From the NCBI GenBank assembly GCA_902794475.1, contig CADBHR010000002.1, forward strand, positions 22,263 to 86,262: a stretch of DNA of 64,000 bases, read 5' to 3'. This stretch comes from an uncultured Methanobrevibacter sp. (GTDB taxonomy: Archaea; Methanobacteriota; Methanobacteria; Methanobacteriales; Methanobacteriaceae). Position numbers and translations under genes: made by a program. The notes below the pieces were generated by a model that had not been told where the DNA came from, made no database searches, and saw nothing but the letters and a program-made list of their open reading frames with translations. Below, in pieces: positions 29,398 to 39,233 of this stretch. The stretch's first letter is position 1, and each line of letters begins with the position of its first letter.

Positions 29398-30501
29398 TCA
29401 TCCATCTGCATGACCGAATTTTGAATTGACAATATCAGTCACATTCCTCAATTCACATTCAAATTCCCCATCAAATTGGGAATTTTCAACTGTGCATCCA
29501 TACCCTTCATAGTTATATATTGAATCTGCATTTCCCTGATTGCCTTCAAATTCGCAGTTCACCAATCTGAAATATCCTTTATTGAATATTGCTCCGGCCA
29601 CATTGTCATGTTCCATTTCAATCTTTTCAATCATCGTTACTGAGGGGAGATAATTAATGTAATTCGGGTTCCATTTGATTTTTGAGACATTATTCCTGAA
29701 ATTAGCATTCTCAATTTCAATTTCGCCCTCCCAGTTGTTTATTGCTCCTGCAAATTTTGAAGCGTTGCTGTAAAATATCAGGTTGTTTGCCTTGATTTCA
29801 CCATGAAAATTGTTAATGGCTCCGCCATCCCTTGCATAATTTTCATGAAATCTTGAATTTGAAATCTTCAGCTGCTTTTCATTGAGTATAGCTCCACCAT
29901 ATTTGGTGAACTTATCATCCAGAGGAAGTATTCTTTCATATGATGGTACGAATACAGGTCCTCCATTTTGGTGAAATTCACAGCGAAGGATTTCAAGTTC
30001 GCCTCTGTTGAATATGGCGCCACCATTATACCCGCTGTTTTGATCAAAATAGCAGTGGATAATCTTCAATGGGTAACTGCTTGTGTTCACTATTGCCCCA
30101 CCGTAGGAAAGGGATTGGTTATTTGTGAAATGACAATTAATCAGGGTGACCTCACCCCTGTTGTATATTGCACCTCCATATCCTGTGGGAAGAATAGGGT
30201 TTCTGTAGACTCCATCGGTTTCCTCATCTTTTGACCTTGAAAAGGAATAGCCGTTCTGAAATACGACATTTTTAATTGTGATATTTCTGCCTGTAATTGA
30301 GAATATCCTTCCAAAATGCCTTGCATCGATAAAATGACCCATACCTTCAATTACAAGGTCATCGACATCAATTTCTATCCCATGGACATGTTCATACTTT
30401 TCATCATCATCCAATCGGATATCCGAGCCAAGACATATATTTCTTTTTCCGCTATGAATCAAATCATCCAAAAATCTGAAATTCTTAGACATCCCCATCA
30501 C
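29398..30501 (-). CDS. GGAI (Pmp-type) beta-helix repeat protein; no signal peptide
   Basis: NFRFLDDLIHSG...VIEGMGHFIDA; GGAI repeats. Confidence 0.8.
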   Translation of the reverse strand: MMGMSKNFRFLDDLIHSGKRNICLGSDIRLDDDEKYEHVHGIEIDVDDLVIEGMGHFIDARHFGRIFSITGRNITIKNVVFQNGYSFSRSKDEETDGVYRNPILPTGYGGAIYNRGEVTLINCHFTNNQSLSYGGAIVNTSSYPLKIIHCYFDQNSGYNGGAIFNRGELEILRCEFHQNGGPVFVPSYERILPLDDKFTKYGGAILNEKQLKISNSRFHENYARDGGAINNFHGEIKANNLIFYSNASKFAGAINNWEGEIEIENANFRNNVSKIKWNPNYINYLPSVTMIEKIEMEHDNVAGAIFNKGYFRLVNCEFEGNQGNADSIYNYEGYGCTVENSQFDGEFECELRNVTDIVNSKFGHADG

Positions 30502-32299
30502 TTTTTAATGTTTTTAGGGTATTTTTTGCAGCCATTCGAACCCAGTAGCTGTCATCATTTTCACAGACATCCCTTAAGAAAGACACATCCGTGATTCTTT
30601 CAACTGCCTGTTGCCTGATATGGAAATTTGAATCATACAAAGCAAAATCCTTTAATGTATCCTGTGAATCAATCCTAGATACTGCAACATTTCTAAGATA
30701 TTCATCAGCATGATTATATGCAATATCTCTCAGCATATCTTCATCGCAAATCCTCAACACACAAACTGTATGGCACCTTGGATAAGGAGAATTATCTAAG
30801 ACATCAGTCAATATTGAATCATCATTTATTTTTGAAACCGCATAAGCAGCATCAAACTCATCGAGGGCATCAGTGGCAATTCTGGCCAAAACCTTTTCAT
30901 CCGAAATCTTATTTATTGCAAATTTGGAAACCCCCAATGGTCTTTCACATGCAAAATCGGCCAAAAGCTCATCGTCATCTATGTTGTTTATGGCAACCTG
31001 TGAGATATATTCATCATGCATATAACATATTATCTTAACCAGTTTAGCTTCATCCTTGATTGCCTTTACGGCTTGTGCACGGACAAATTTATTGTCGTTG
31101 TCTAAATTAAATTCGTTTTCATCCAAATTCAAATTCCATAAAGCCTGACCTTTAACCTTTTCACCTGATTCATTGTCAATGATTTCCTTTAATTTGGATT
31201 TATCGAAAATTCTTAAAACAGCATTAAATCTGACGTTTTCTGAAGGATGGTTTAATGCCATGTTAAACAATGTGTCCTCATCAACCAGTTTATAATTCAA
31301 AGAATATGGAAAATAATCATAATTGAATGAATTTAAAAGTTCGCTGCAAATTTCAGCATCACCTATATGTTCAATAGCCTCAACAACATATAACGAATTG
31401 ATTGCAATTTCCCTTTGCAGCTCATCATCATTAATTAAAGAAAATACATGCAGCATCAAATCCTCAAAATAAACATAATCATCCGGAAAAGATGTGAAAC
31501 GTTGAATAGGACGGTATTTTGATTGGAAGCTTTCACCAACAATCATGTCATACAATACTTTAGGATTATAGATATTCTTTGAAATTTCAATGCATTCGCC
31601 CCAATCGTCACTGCCATATATGGAGTCTATTAAAATGAATTGGTCATGAATGTTTCTGAGTATTACCGTTTTCATGCGTTGAGGATAAATTTCAATCAAT
31701 CTGGACTCGTCATCGAGCTTTTTGCATGCCATATCCACAACATCCTCATCCGAATCCTTTTCAATTATTTCAACTAACTTATCAGCATCATCAATTTTAA
31801 ATAATGCTGCAATTCTCAAATACTTTGATTCATCATTAAATGCAATATTTTCCAGAATTGAAGCATCATCAATCATCAAAGTTGCAACCAAACGGTTTTT
31901 CCAGTCTTTATCATTCAGTGCAATGCTTTGCAAATTATCAGATGCAGAATAATCCCTGTAGATGTCATTGTCCAAAATCTCGTCACGACAGTCGATTAAA
32001 CAGGAATCTTCAGTAAATGAAAAGAAAGCCATTAATGTTGACATGGCTATTAATCTATTGCGCCAGTTAGTGTCACTGGAAGCCATTTTAAAGAGATAGT
32101 CAAAGTCATACACTTTCCTAAGGCATGCCTCTCGAATAAAATCCTCTGAAGTGTTTTCAATAATGTCAAAGAGAATTGACTTTATAAAAATTTTCCCTAT
32201 CGCATAAAGTCTGACATCTTCGGAGTATTCGGCATTTAGGACATACTCTTCAGAAATCCTCTTTTGGTTTGAAAGTTCAATGAGTTTAGAATTTTTCAT
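30485..32299 (-). CDS. HEAT-like repeat protein
   Basis: IA.ND...R..A...I.D repeats throughout. Confidence 0.75.
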   Translation of the reverse strand: MKNSKLIELSNQKRISEEYVLNAEYSEDVRLYAIGKIFIKSILFDIIENTSEDFIREACLRKVYDFDYLFKMASSDTNWRNRLIAMSTLMAFFSFTEDSCLIDCRDEILDNDIYRDYSASDNLQSIALNDKDWKNRLVATLMIDDASILENIAFNDESKYLRIAALFKIDDADKLVEIIEKDSDEDVVDMACKKLDDESRLIEIYPQRMKTVILRNIHDQFILIDSIYGSDDWGECIEISKNIYNPKVLYDMIVGESFQSKYRPIQRFTSFPDDYVYFEDLMLHVFSLINDDELQREIAINSLYVVEAIEHIGDAEICSELLNSFNYDYFPYSLNYKLVDEDTLFNMALNHPSENVRFNAVLRIFDKSKLKEIIDNESGEKVKGQALWNLNLDENEFNLDNDNKFVRAQAVKAIKDEAKLVKIICYMHDEYISQVAINNIDDDELLADFACERPLGVSKFAINKISDEKVLARIATDALDEFDAAYAVSKINDDSILTDVLDNSPYPRCHTVCVLRICDEDMLRDIAYNHADEYLRNVAVSRIDSQDTLKDFALYDSNFHIRQQAVERITDVSFLRDVCENDDSYWVRMAAKNTLKTLKSDGDV

Positions 32300-32533
32300 G
32301 TTATACCTACTTGAATATTGGATTCACATCTAAATAAGTTTAATCAAAAATTGAAGATTACAATTATGGAGGTCAATGCTGGCGAAATATGGAAATCAAA
32401 TAGATAAAGAATGCAAAAATGAATAGGATATAATATGGCCAGATCAAGATTACCTCATCAAGATTATCCCTTATATATCTGAGTATTTCCATAATAGACA
32501 ATTTCAAAACCTCTAAAAAAAATAATGATGGAA

Positions 32534-34294
32534 CTAGTAGAAACTAGCTCCAATTTCAGTTGTTGCATCGTTCAGCTCTTTTGTTTTGACAGTGATTTGA
32601 ACGATATCCTCTGCAGTGACAGCATCCTTTAACTCAACGATTAAAGTTTCGATTCTGTCAATGTCTGATGGAGGAATTTGGTCCCTGAATTCAGGGTCGA
32701 AAATGAATTTTTCAGCTGCATAAATCGCTGAGTCAGCATCATTTCTAAGTTGTGCCAATCTGTATTTCCTCTCATCAGCTTCAGCATGTTCGTTTGCTTC
32801 CTCAACTGCCCTTTGAATTTCTGAATCGGACATTTTCATTGTTGAATTAATGATTATGGACTGGTTCACACCGGTTGAGAGTTCCTTTGCGGTTACATTA
32901 AGGATACCGTCGGCATCGATTTCATAGGTGATTTCAATTTGAGGAACACCTCTTGGAGCAGGAGGGATACCATTGAGCAAGAATGAACCCAATTGGGCAT
33001 TATCCTCTGCCATTTTACGTTCACCCTGAACGACACTGATATTAACTCCTGTCTGATTGTCATGAACTGTTGAGTAGTTTTCACTTCTTTTGACCGGAAT
33101 TGCAGTGTTTCTTGGAATGATTACAGATGTTGAACCGTCGGCAACTTCAGTACCTAAAGACAATGGAGTCACATCAACGAGAATCAAATCACCGATTACA
33201 CCGTCAATTACACCTGCCTGGATTGCAGCACCCTGTGCCACACATTCCATTGGATCAATTCCCCTTTCAACTTCCTTATCCAAGTACAGTTCAACATATT
33301 CCTGAACCATAGGCATTCTTGTAGGTCCTCCAACAAGGATGACCTTGTCGATGTCTTCAGAGGTCATTACCGCATCATCCAAAGCCCTTTGAATTGTTTC
33401 ACCACATCTTTTAACGATTTCCTCAACAAGTGATTCCAATTTGGAACGATTGATTGTGGTTATGAGATTCAATGGCTGGCCGTCACTGTCCATAGCAATG
33501 AACGGCAAGTTGATTTCAGTTTCAACAGTGTTGGACAGTTCAATTTTTGCCCTTTCTGCCGCTTCTTCCAACCTCATGTCAGCTTGGGAATCCTCCAACA
33601 GATTTACTCCGTGGTCATTTTCAAATTCATCGGCCAAATATTTTTTTAAGGCAAAGTCCATATCCTTTCCACCAAGCTGGGTGTTTCCGCTGGTTGACTG
33701 AACCTCAAAAATTCCGTCACCGAATTCCATGATGGTAACGTCCAATGTTCCGCCACCCATATCAAAAACAAGGATATTGATGTGTTCGTCGGAGTCCTTG
33801 TTTAAACCGTAAGCCAAACTTGCAGCGGTAGGTTCATTTAAAAGTCTCAATACATCCAGGCCTGCAATTTTACCTGCATCCTTAGTGGCAGTCCTTTGGT
33901 TATCATCAAAGTATGCCGGAACGGTAATTACTGCCTTTGAGATTTCCTCACCGAGAAACTCTTCAGTATCCCTTTTGATTTTCTGCAGGATGAAAGCTGA
34001 AATTTGCTGCGGAGTGTATTCCTTGTCCTGAATTTCAACAGTGTAATCGGATCCCATCTTTCTTTTGATTGCCTTAATTGTATTTTCAGGATTAGTAATA
34101 GCTTGTTTCTTTGCAGGTTCCCCTACAAGCAAATCGCCATCTTCAGTGAATGCAACATAACTTGGAAACGCTTTTCCATAAACAGTTGCCCCTTCTGCAC
34201 TTGGAACAATTGTAGGTTTTCCGTCAATGAATACACAAGCAGCAGAGTTACTTGTTCCCAAGTCGATTCCTATAATTTTTTCATTTTCGCTCAT
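32534..34294 (-). CDS. dnaK: DnaK/Hsp70 chaperone (stand-alone copy)
   Basis: [46 protein letters not shown]; no grpE or dnaJ adjacent. Confidence 0.92.
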   Translation of the reverse strand: MSENEKIIGIDLGTSNSAACVFIDGKPTIVPSAEGATVYGKAFPSYVAFTEDGDLLVGEPAKKQAITNPENTIKAIKRKMGSDYTVEIQDKEYTPQQISAFILQKIKRDTEEFLGEEISKAVITVPAYFDDNQRTATKDAGKIAGLDVLRLLNEPTAASLAYGLNKDSDEHINILVFDMGGGTLDVTIMEFGDGIFEVQSTSGNTQLGGKDMDFALKKYLADEFENDHGVNLLEDSQADMRLEEAAERAKIELSNTVETEINLPFIAMDSDGQPLNLITTINRSKLESLVEEIVKRCGETIQRALDDAVMTSEDIDKVILVGGPTRMPMVQEYVELYLDKEVERGIDPMECVAQGAAIQAGVIDGVIGDLILVDVTPLSLGTEVADGSTSVIIPRNTAIPVKRSENYSTVHDNQTGVNISVVQGERKMAEDNAQLGSFLLNGIPPAPRGVPQIEITYEIDADGILNVTAKELSTGVNQSIIINSTMKMSDSEIQRAVEEANEHAEADERKYRLAQLRNDADSAIYAAEKFIFDPEFRDQIPPSDIDRIETLIVELKDAVTAEDIVQITVKTKELNDATTEIGASFY

Positions 34295-34305
34295 TTAATC
34301 AACCC

Positions 34306-35691
34306 CTATTTCATTTTCCTCTTATAAAGACTATTTAACAGATATCTAATGTCCTCATTGTCTCCTTTATATTCCAAATATTTGTTTAAGTAATAAATTG
34401 CTTCATCCACAAATCTCAAATAACTAAAACTTAATTCATAAGCCACACATGCTTTATTTAACAAATAAACATCTTTGTTTTTAAAATATCTTGCCTTATC
34501 ACCAATATCCTCATAATATCTGTATGCTAAAATTTTATAATCCGCAGACTTGAATTTGGACAGCAACGTTGCATAATAGAATTTGATATTATACATGTTG
34601 TAATAGTCAGCAGGACAGTTCTTTAAGGCAGTATCCAAAAAGACAAATGCATCATGGTAATTCTTATTGACAATTGCCTTTTTAGCCTGACTGAAGTTTC
34701 TGTTCGCAAGATCAATGCTGTTTGAAGCATTAATCCGGAATTCATTGCTTTTATGTGCATAACTTAGATTCTTTTGTGAAAATTTCTTAATGTTTTTTGC
34801 CTCCATTATATCCACAAAACGATTGAAAGAGGCCAAACCATGAATCATGTCATAATTCTCACTTTTGTTATTGTCAATGAATTTGAACAGTCCGGTTTTT
34901 TCATATAATGGAATATCAACATCTTCATCCAATTCCTTGAAGGGATCATATCCCAAAATTGAAATTACGCTTTGCTTAATCTTTTCCTCTGATTCAAGTT
35001 CAAACATTCTGATAATGTCCACATCATTCAGGCCCAAACTCTCTTTGATGATTTCCTTTGTAATGTAATCTTTAAATTCATCCTTCAGATAATGCATATG
35101 AAACAACAGGTCTTCATAAGGCATTGTTCTTAAAAGGTATTGTATCTCGTACTTATCCAACCCATACATGCCAAGCTCTTTTCTGAATCCTTCGATATTG
35201 TAATTTCTTTTGCGCATAAACAATTCATTTTCTCTCTGTTTGAAAACCAAACCGAATTCATAACTGCTGCGCATTTTTCTGAAATTTTCATTATCCAAAT
35301 CTCTGAAGTATTTGAAATATTTCCTGGCACTTTCCGGCTTGTTATATTCTTTTAAGATAATCGCAACGTAATACCAATAATTGGCATTGGTATTGTCAAT
35401 GTTTAAAGCGTCCACAAGGCAAGTGTAAGCATCAATCCATCTATTAAGTCCGATTAATGATATTGCACGGCCAAACATTGAATCCACATGATTCTCATCC
35501 ATTGACAGTACAAGATCAAAACAGTTCAATGCTTCTTCATAATCGCCCATCTTGTTCAAGACCTGGCCGATGTCCTTTCTAATATCAAATGGACATCCCT
35601 TTTCTTCAATTGCCATTTCAAAATAATTCAGGGCATCTTCAAATTTGCCTTCATCTTCCAGTTCCCGTGCATATTCAATTAATTTTGACAT
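34306..35691 (-). CDS. TPR repeat protein
   Basis: N- and C-terminal TPR units (GQVLNKMGDYEEALNCFD). Confidence 0.8.
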   Translation of the reverse strand: MSKLIEYARELEDEGKFEDALNYFEMAIEEKGCPFDIRKDIGQVLNKMGDYEEALNCFDLVLSMDENHVDSMFGRAISLIGLNRWIDAYTCLVDALNIDNTNANYWYYVAIILKEYNKPESARKYFKYFRDLDNENFRKMRSSYEFGLVFKQRENELFMRKRNYNIEGFRKELGMYGLDKYEIQYLLRTMPYEDLLFHMHYLKDEFKDYITKEIIKESLGLNDVDIIRMFELESEEKIKQSVISILGYDPFKELDEDVDIPLYEKTGLFKFIDNNKSENYDMIHGLASFNRFVDIMEAKNIKKFSQKNLSYAHKSNEFRINASNSIDLANRNFSQAKKAIVNKNYHDAFVFLDTALKNCPADYYNMYNIKFYYATLLSKFKSADYKILAYRYYEDIGDKARYFKNKDVYLLNKACVAYELSFSYLRFVDEAIYYLNKYLEYKGDNEDIRYLLNSLYKRKMK

Positions 35692-35692
35692 A

Positions 35693-36823
35693 TTAACCTC
35701 TCACATGTTCAAACATTTTTTTAAATTGATTCAACTCATTATAAGAGAAATTAATCTTAATTTCAATAAGATTTTGTCTTAAAATTGAATTAATCATGCT
35801 GAATTTTTCCTCATCACTTAATTCCACTTCACTTTCAAATTCGCAGTCCTTCTTTAAAAGAATCACCCTGTCAGATAAAAACTGCAATCTTATCTCTTCA
35901 ACCATTTCCTTTGTAAAAAATCCATCCAGGATATAAATTATATCGCCAGCAAGACTGTTTCCAAGTTCAACTGATCTTTTAACCTTATCCCGATTCAAAT
36001 CATCATATTTTTCCAGGACAAAATTAAATGACTCGTAATTTCTTAATTTCATATAATGACATTCAACGGCATGTGCACAATATTCGTTCATCAAAAGCCA
36101 ATATACATCATGTGTAAGAGCATACCATCCCAAAGCTTCTATCGTATCGGTATTCCTTGATTGGTATACATACATTATTGTATTCTTGAAAATTTCAAAA
36201 AGCAAGTGATGAGCCAACTCATGAATCATGGAAGCAATCTGGAGAGTCTTTGAAACATTCGTTTCAATTGCCGCTCTTTTAAAACCGTATGCTCCCATTA
36301 CCCTTCGTCTATTAATGCTTGAATTCTCAACGAATTTCAAATCGATGTAATTCTCGGCCAATCCCCTAACCTTCATGAAAATATCATCACCGGAAGGGGC
36401 ATTTCTTATTGCATCCTCCCTGATGCTGTCCAAAATGAATTTGTAAACAGGTTTTGTCAACATCCTTTCAGACAGCAAGCCGATATTTTTACCATTAGTT
36501 AAAACGACCATATTATCGATTTTGTTTGGATAATTGACAATCGTCAAGTCATCAACTTGCAGATTCGAGAAATTTTCAAGATTTTCTTTTAACTTAATGT
36601 ATTCATTTTTGCGATCAATAGAAATTGCTTTCTTGCAAGCTCTTAAGGCTTTTTTATAGTTTAAAAGTCCAATGCACACTTTGGCTTTTAAATACCATGC
36701 ATACGCACAATTCTGATTGATATGAACAGCAGTTGAAATTGCTTCATCCGCTTCACTAAATGATTTTTCGGCGAGTAAAGTCTCGCACCTTTTTATTTCC
36801 GCTTCAAAAGTTCTGCTATTCAT
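35693..36823 (-). CDS. TPR plus HExxH zinc metallopeptidase-like domain (ImmA/IrrE-like)
   Basis: N-terminal TPR; SMIHELAHHLL followed by NEYCAH. Confidence 0.7.
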   Translation of the reverse strand: MNSRTFEAEIKRCETLLAEKSFSEADEAISTAVHINQNCAYAWYLKAKVCIGLLNYKKALRACKKAISIDRKNEYIKLKENLENFSNLQVDDLTIVNYPNKIDNMVVLTNGKNIGLLSERMLTKPVYKFILDSIREDAIRNAPSGDDIFMKVRGLAENYIDLKFVENSSINRRRVMGAYGFKRAAIETNVSKTLQIASMIHELAHHLLFEIFKNTIMYVYQSRNTDTIEALGWYALTHDVYWLLMNEYCAHAVECHYMKLRNYESFNFVLEKYDDLNRDKVKRSVELGNSLAGDIIYILDGFFTKEMVEEIRLQFLSDRVILLKKDCEFESEVELSDEEKFSMINSILRQNLIEIKINFSYNELNQFKKMFEHVRG

Positions 36824-36860
36824 AAAGATATTTAACTATTTAAAGGTACTTAAATAAAGT

Positions 36861-36874
36861 AAAGCATTTACTTT
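36861..36874. promoter_or_regulatory. AAAG-N6-CTTT box upstream of the peptidase-TPR-dnaK genes
   Basis: AAAGCATTTACTTT (exact reverse complement of the 22582 box); 6 bp from minus-strand TTTAAGTA. Confidence 0.6.
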
Positions 36875-37641
36875 ATACGTCCTTTAACCGAATCGGCTTT
36901 AGATTTAACCTTATTATAAAACACTTCATCAATTGATTCGGAATCAAGTTTCAGTGCCTCATCACATTTTTTCAAAGCAAGCACATAATAGCCAAGGTGA
37001 TAAAAGCAATATGCGCTGCCTGCAATAGGATTTGCATCTTTCGAATCAATTCTTGAAGCCCTGTCAAAGCAAATTTTAGCTTCCTTTATCCGGTAATTTT
37101 CAATATGTCCGAAGCCCTCATCACACAACCGAATGACACTGGCTGCGCTTTCATGAGGCATTGCATCATCCTCACAGTTACGGCAAATACCATCAGTATC
37201 GTCAATGATCCTTCCGCATTTCCCACAGACTTCATACAAGTGCAAATCCCTCAAATCAAAGTCACATACCGGACATATTACAAAAAACGGATTTATGCTA
37301 TGGCCGCAATTAGGACATTCCTTTGATTTATAATCCCTTAAGTGTGAATGTCTGGATGCATTTCGGCGGTAATCCTTACTGTTAGCATCCACTGCCAAAA
37401 GCAACTGATTGTAAAACACGTCCGGAATGGAATCAGAGTCTATCTGACGTGCCCGATCACACAATTCAAGAGCTTCATCGTAGCGGCATCTGTTAAACAG
37501 GCATTCGGCTTTTCCAAAAAGTGCATCAGCATTGTTCTCATCTTCGCCCAGGACATCATCATAGATCCTTTCGGCCTGAATGCGATTGCCATTTTTCAAA
37601 TGCCTTTCAGCCTCATCAAATTGTTCTTTGAAACCCATCAT
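36868..37641 (-). CDS. TPR - double zinc ribbon - TPR protein
   Basis: CPNC, CPVC, CGKC, CRNC between TPR units. Confidence 0.8.
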   Translation of the reverse strand: MMGFKEQFDEAERHLKNGNRIQAERIYDDVLGEDENNADALFGKAECLFNRCRYDEALELCDRARQIDSDSIPDVFYNQLLLAVDANSKDYRRNASRHSHLRDYKSKECPNCGHSINPFFVICPVCDFDLRDLHLYEVCGKCGRIIDDTDGICRNCEDDAMPHESAASVIRLCDEGFGHIENYRIKEAKICFDRASRIDSKDANPIAGSAYCFYHLGYYVLALKKCDEALKLDSESIDEVFYNKVKSKADSVKGRIK

Positions 37642-38477
37642 TTCACCTCATTCGCCTTCGATTTAACTTTTCTGTAGAAATTCCTGTCAATTGAGTTGAG
37701 ATCCATATTTATTGCCTTTTTGCATTCCTTGAATGCCAAAACATAATAACCCAAATGATATAAACAGTAGGCATTGCCAACAACAGGATTGACATCTTTA
37801 GAATCCAATTTCAATGCCTTATTGAAACAAGCCTTTGCATCTTTTATTTTAAAATCTTCAAGGTAGCTGAATCCATCATCACACAAGTCAGTGACCTCCT
37901 TTAAAGATTCATGGTCATAGCAGGCATCCTCTGCATCAATTCCCATCAGCTCATCAAAATACTTCAGGAACTCAGGAGCTATTTCAAATCTGTCAACGTC
38001 ATCAACCAACTCATGGGCATAAGTCCTTTTGCCTAAGCTATCTAAACAATATGCCTGACAGACCAAAGCCTCAATATTATCGCTTTGGATATTCAAAGCC
38101 CTGTCAAAAAACAGTTTGGCTTTGTTGAACTCCCTTTTCCCAATTAAGTTTTCACCTGATTTTAGAATTGAAGGAATCTTGCTTTCTTCAGATACCTTAT
38201 TGGTTTTTCTGACTGCATTGCCTGCCTTAAAGACTATCGCTTTGTAAAAGTCATCGGGAACAACATCACTATCGAGGGATTTAGCCTTTTCAGCCATTTC
38301 CAAAGAGGCATCAAAGTCACCCATTGCATCAAGACACAATGCCTTTGCAAAAATAATAGAGGCATTATCCGGATTTTGAGCCAATAAATCATCAACAACT
38401 TCATTTGCACCTTCAAAATCTTTCTCTTCTAGGAGTGTCTGCACTTTAAACAATAAAATCAACTCAGTAAGATCCAT
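37638..38477 (-). CDS. TPR repeat protein, paralogous to its neighbour
   Basis: C-terminus LCDDGF...AYCLYHLGYYVLA...FYRKVKSKA closely matches the 36868 gene. Confidence 0.8.
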   Translation of the reverse strand: MDLTELILLFKVQTLLEEKDFEGANEVVDDLLAQNPDNASIIFAKALCLDAMGDFDASLEMAEKAKSLDSDVVPDDFYKAIVFKAGNAVRKTNKVSEESKIPSILKSGENLIGKREFNKAKLFFDRALNIQSDNIEALVCQAYCLDSLGKRTYAHELVDDVDRFEIAPEFLKYFDELMGIDAEDACYDHESLKEVTDLCDDGFSYLEDFKIKDAKACFNKALKLDSKDVNPVVGNAYCLYHLGYYVLAFKECKKAINMDLNSIDRNFYRKVKSKANEVK

Positions 38478-38526
38478 ACTTTCACCTCTATTTAAAAATA
38501 TTTTAAGGATGTTATATAAGTCGGTG

Positions 38527-38540
38527 AAAGCATTTCATTT
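38527..38540. promoter_or_regulatory. AAAG-N6-ATTT box
   Basis: AAAGCATTTCATTT (reverse complement of the 10146 box); 6 bp from minus-strand CTTATATA. Confidence 0.6.
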
Positions 38541-38651
38541 AGTTGACATTTCAAGTAATGCAACAGGTTCAAAAAGAGCAACAAATCAATTTTTGTATAA
38601 TAATCATTTCAAACTAAAAAAAAAACATGATTCAGAGAGAATTCTCTGAAT

Positions 38652-39161
38652 CTAAACGTAAACCCAACGATAAGTATAGGTATATCCTTGAGTGGTGCCA
38701 TAAGATGTTTCGGATTCGGCATCATAGCTTGTATCGGATTCTGTTTCGCTAGGGGCAACATATTCCATTACTTCAAAATCTTCAGTACAAGCAGAGGAAT
38801 TATGTGTTTCATCTCCAACAAGGCATGCTGAAATCTTATATTGGCCAGCACTTAAGTTTTGGATTTCCGCCCTTCCAAAAACATCAGTTGTCAAATTGTA
38901 TTTGACCACCGTACCGTTTTCATATGTCACATTGACCAAGACAGTGGCATTTTCCAATTCAGTGTCATTTTCATCATAATCAGTATTGTTTTCATAGCAT
39001 ACCACATTCAAGCATCCGTCGTTGCCGTCGCTTGTTTCACTGTCCACATCCCATTCCATATATGTCTTTTTAGCTTCAGGAGCTGATGGCCAGAAAAGGA
39101 ATAGCGCTATGATAACAAATATTACTATAATTCCCAAACAACATTTCATTCCGTTATCCAT
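38652..39161 (-). CDS. Membrane-anchored or secreted acidic protein with an Ig-like/carboxypeptidase-regulatory-like domain
   Basis: AGGTGA RBS before MDNGMK; N-terminal TM helix; TTDVFGRAEIQNLSAGQYKI. Confidence 0.65.
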   Translation of the reverse strand: MDNGMKCCLGIIVIFVIIALFLFWPSAPEAKKTYMEWDVDSETSDGNDGCLNVVCYENNTDYDENDTELENATVLVNVTYENGTVVKYNLTTDVFGRAEIQNLSAGQYKISACLVGDETHNSSACTEDFEVMEYVAPSETESDTSYDAESETSYGTTQGYTYTYRWVYV

Positions 39162-39210
39162 TATATCACCTTTAAATGTTAGTATGTAACTTCCAAAATA
39201 TAAGCAAGAT

Positions 39211-39224
39211 AAATGAAAAACTTT
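39211..39224. promoter_or_regulatory. AAAT-N6-CTTT box
   Basis: AAATGAAAAACTTT, 6 bp from minus-strand CTTATATT. Confidence 0.5.
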
Positions 39225-39233
39225 CATGCTTAT

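Noticed and set aside
32300-32533. GGAGG-preceded 16-codon ORF on the plus strand
   Set aside because: Too short, with no box or other support; possibly a gene remnant.
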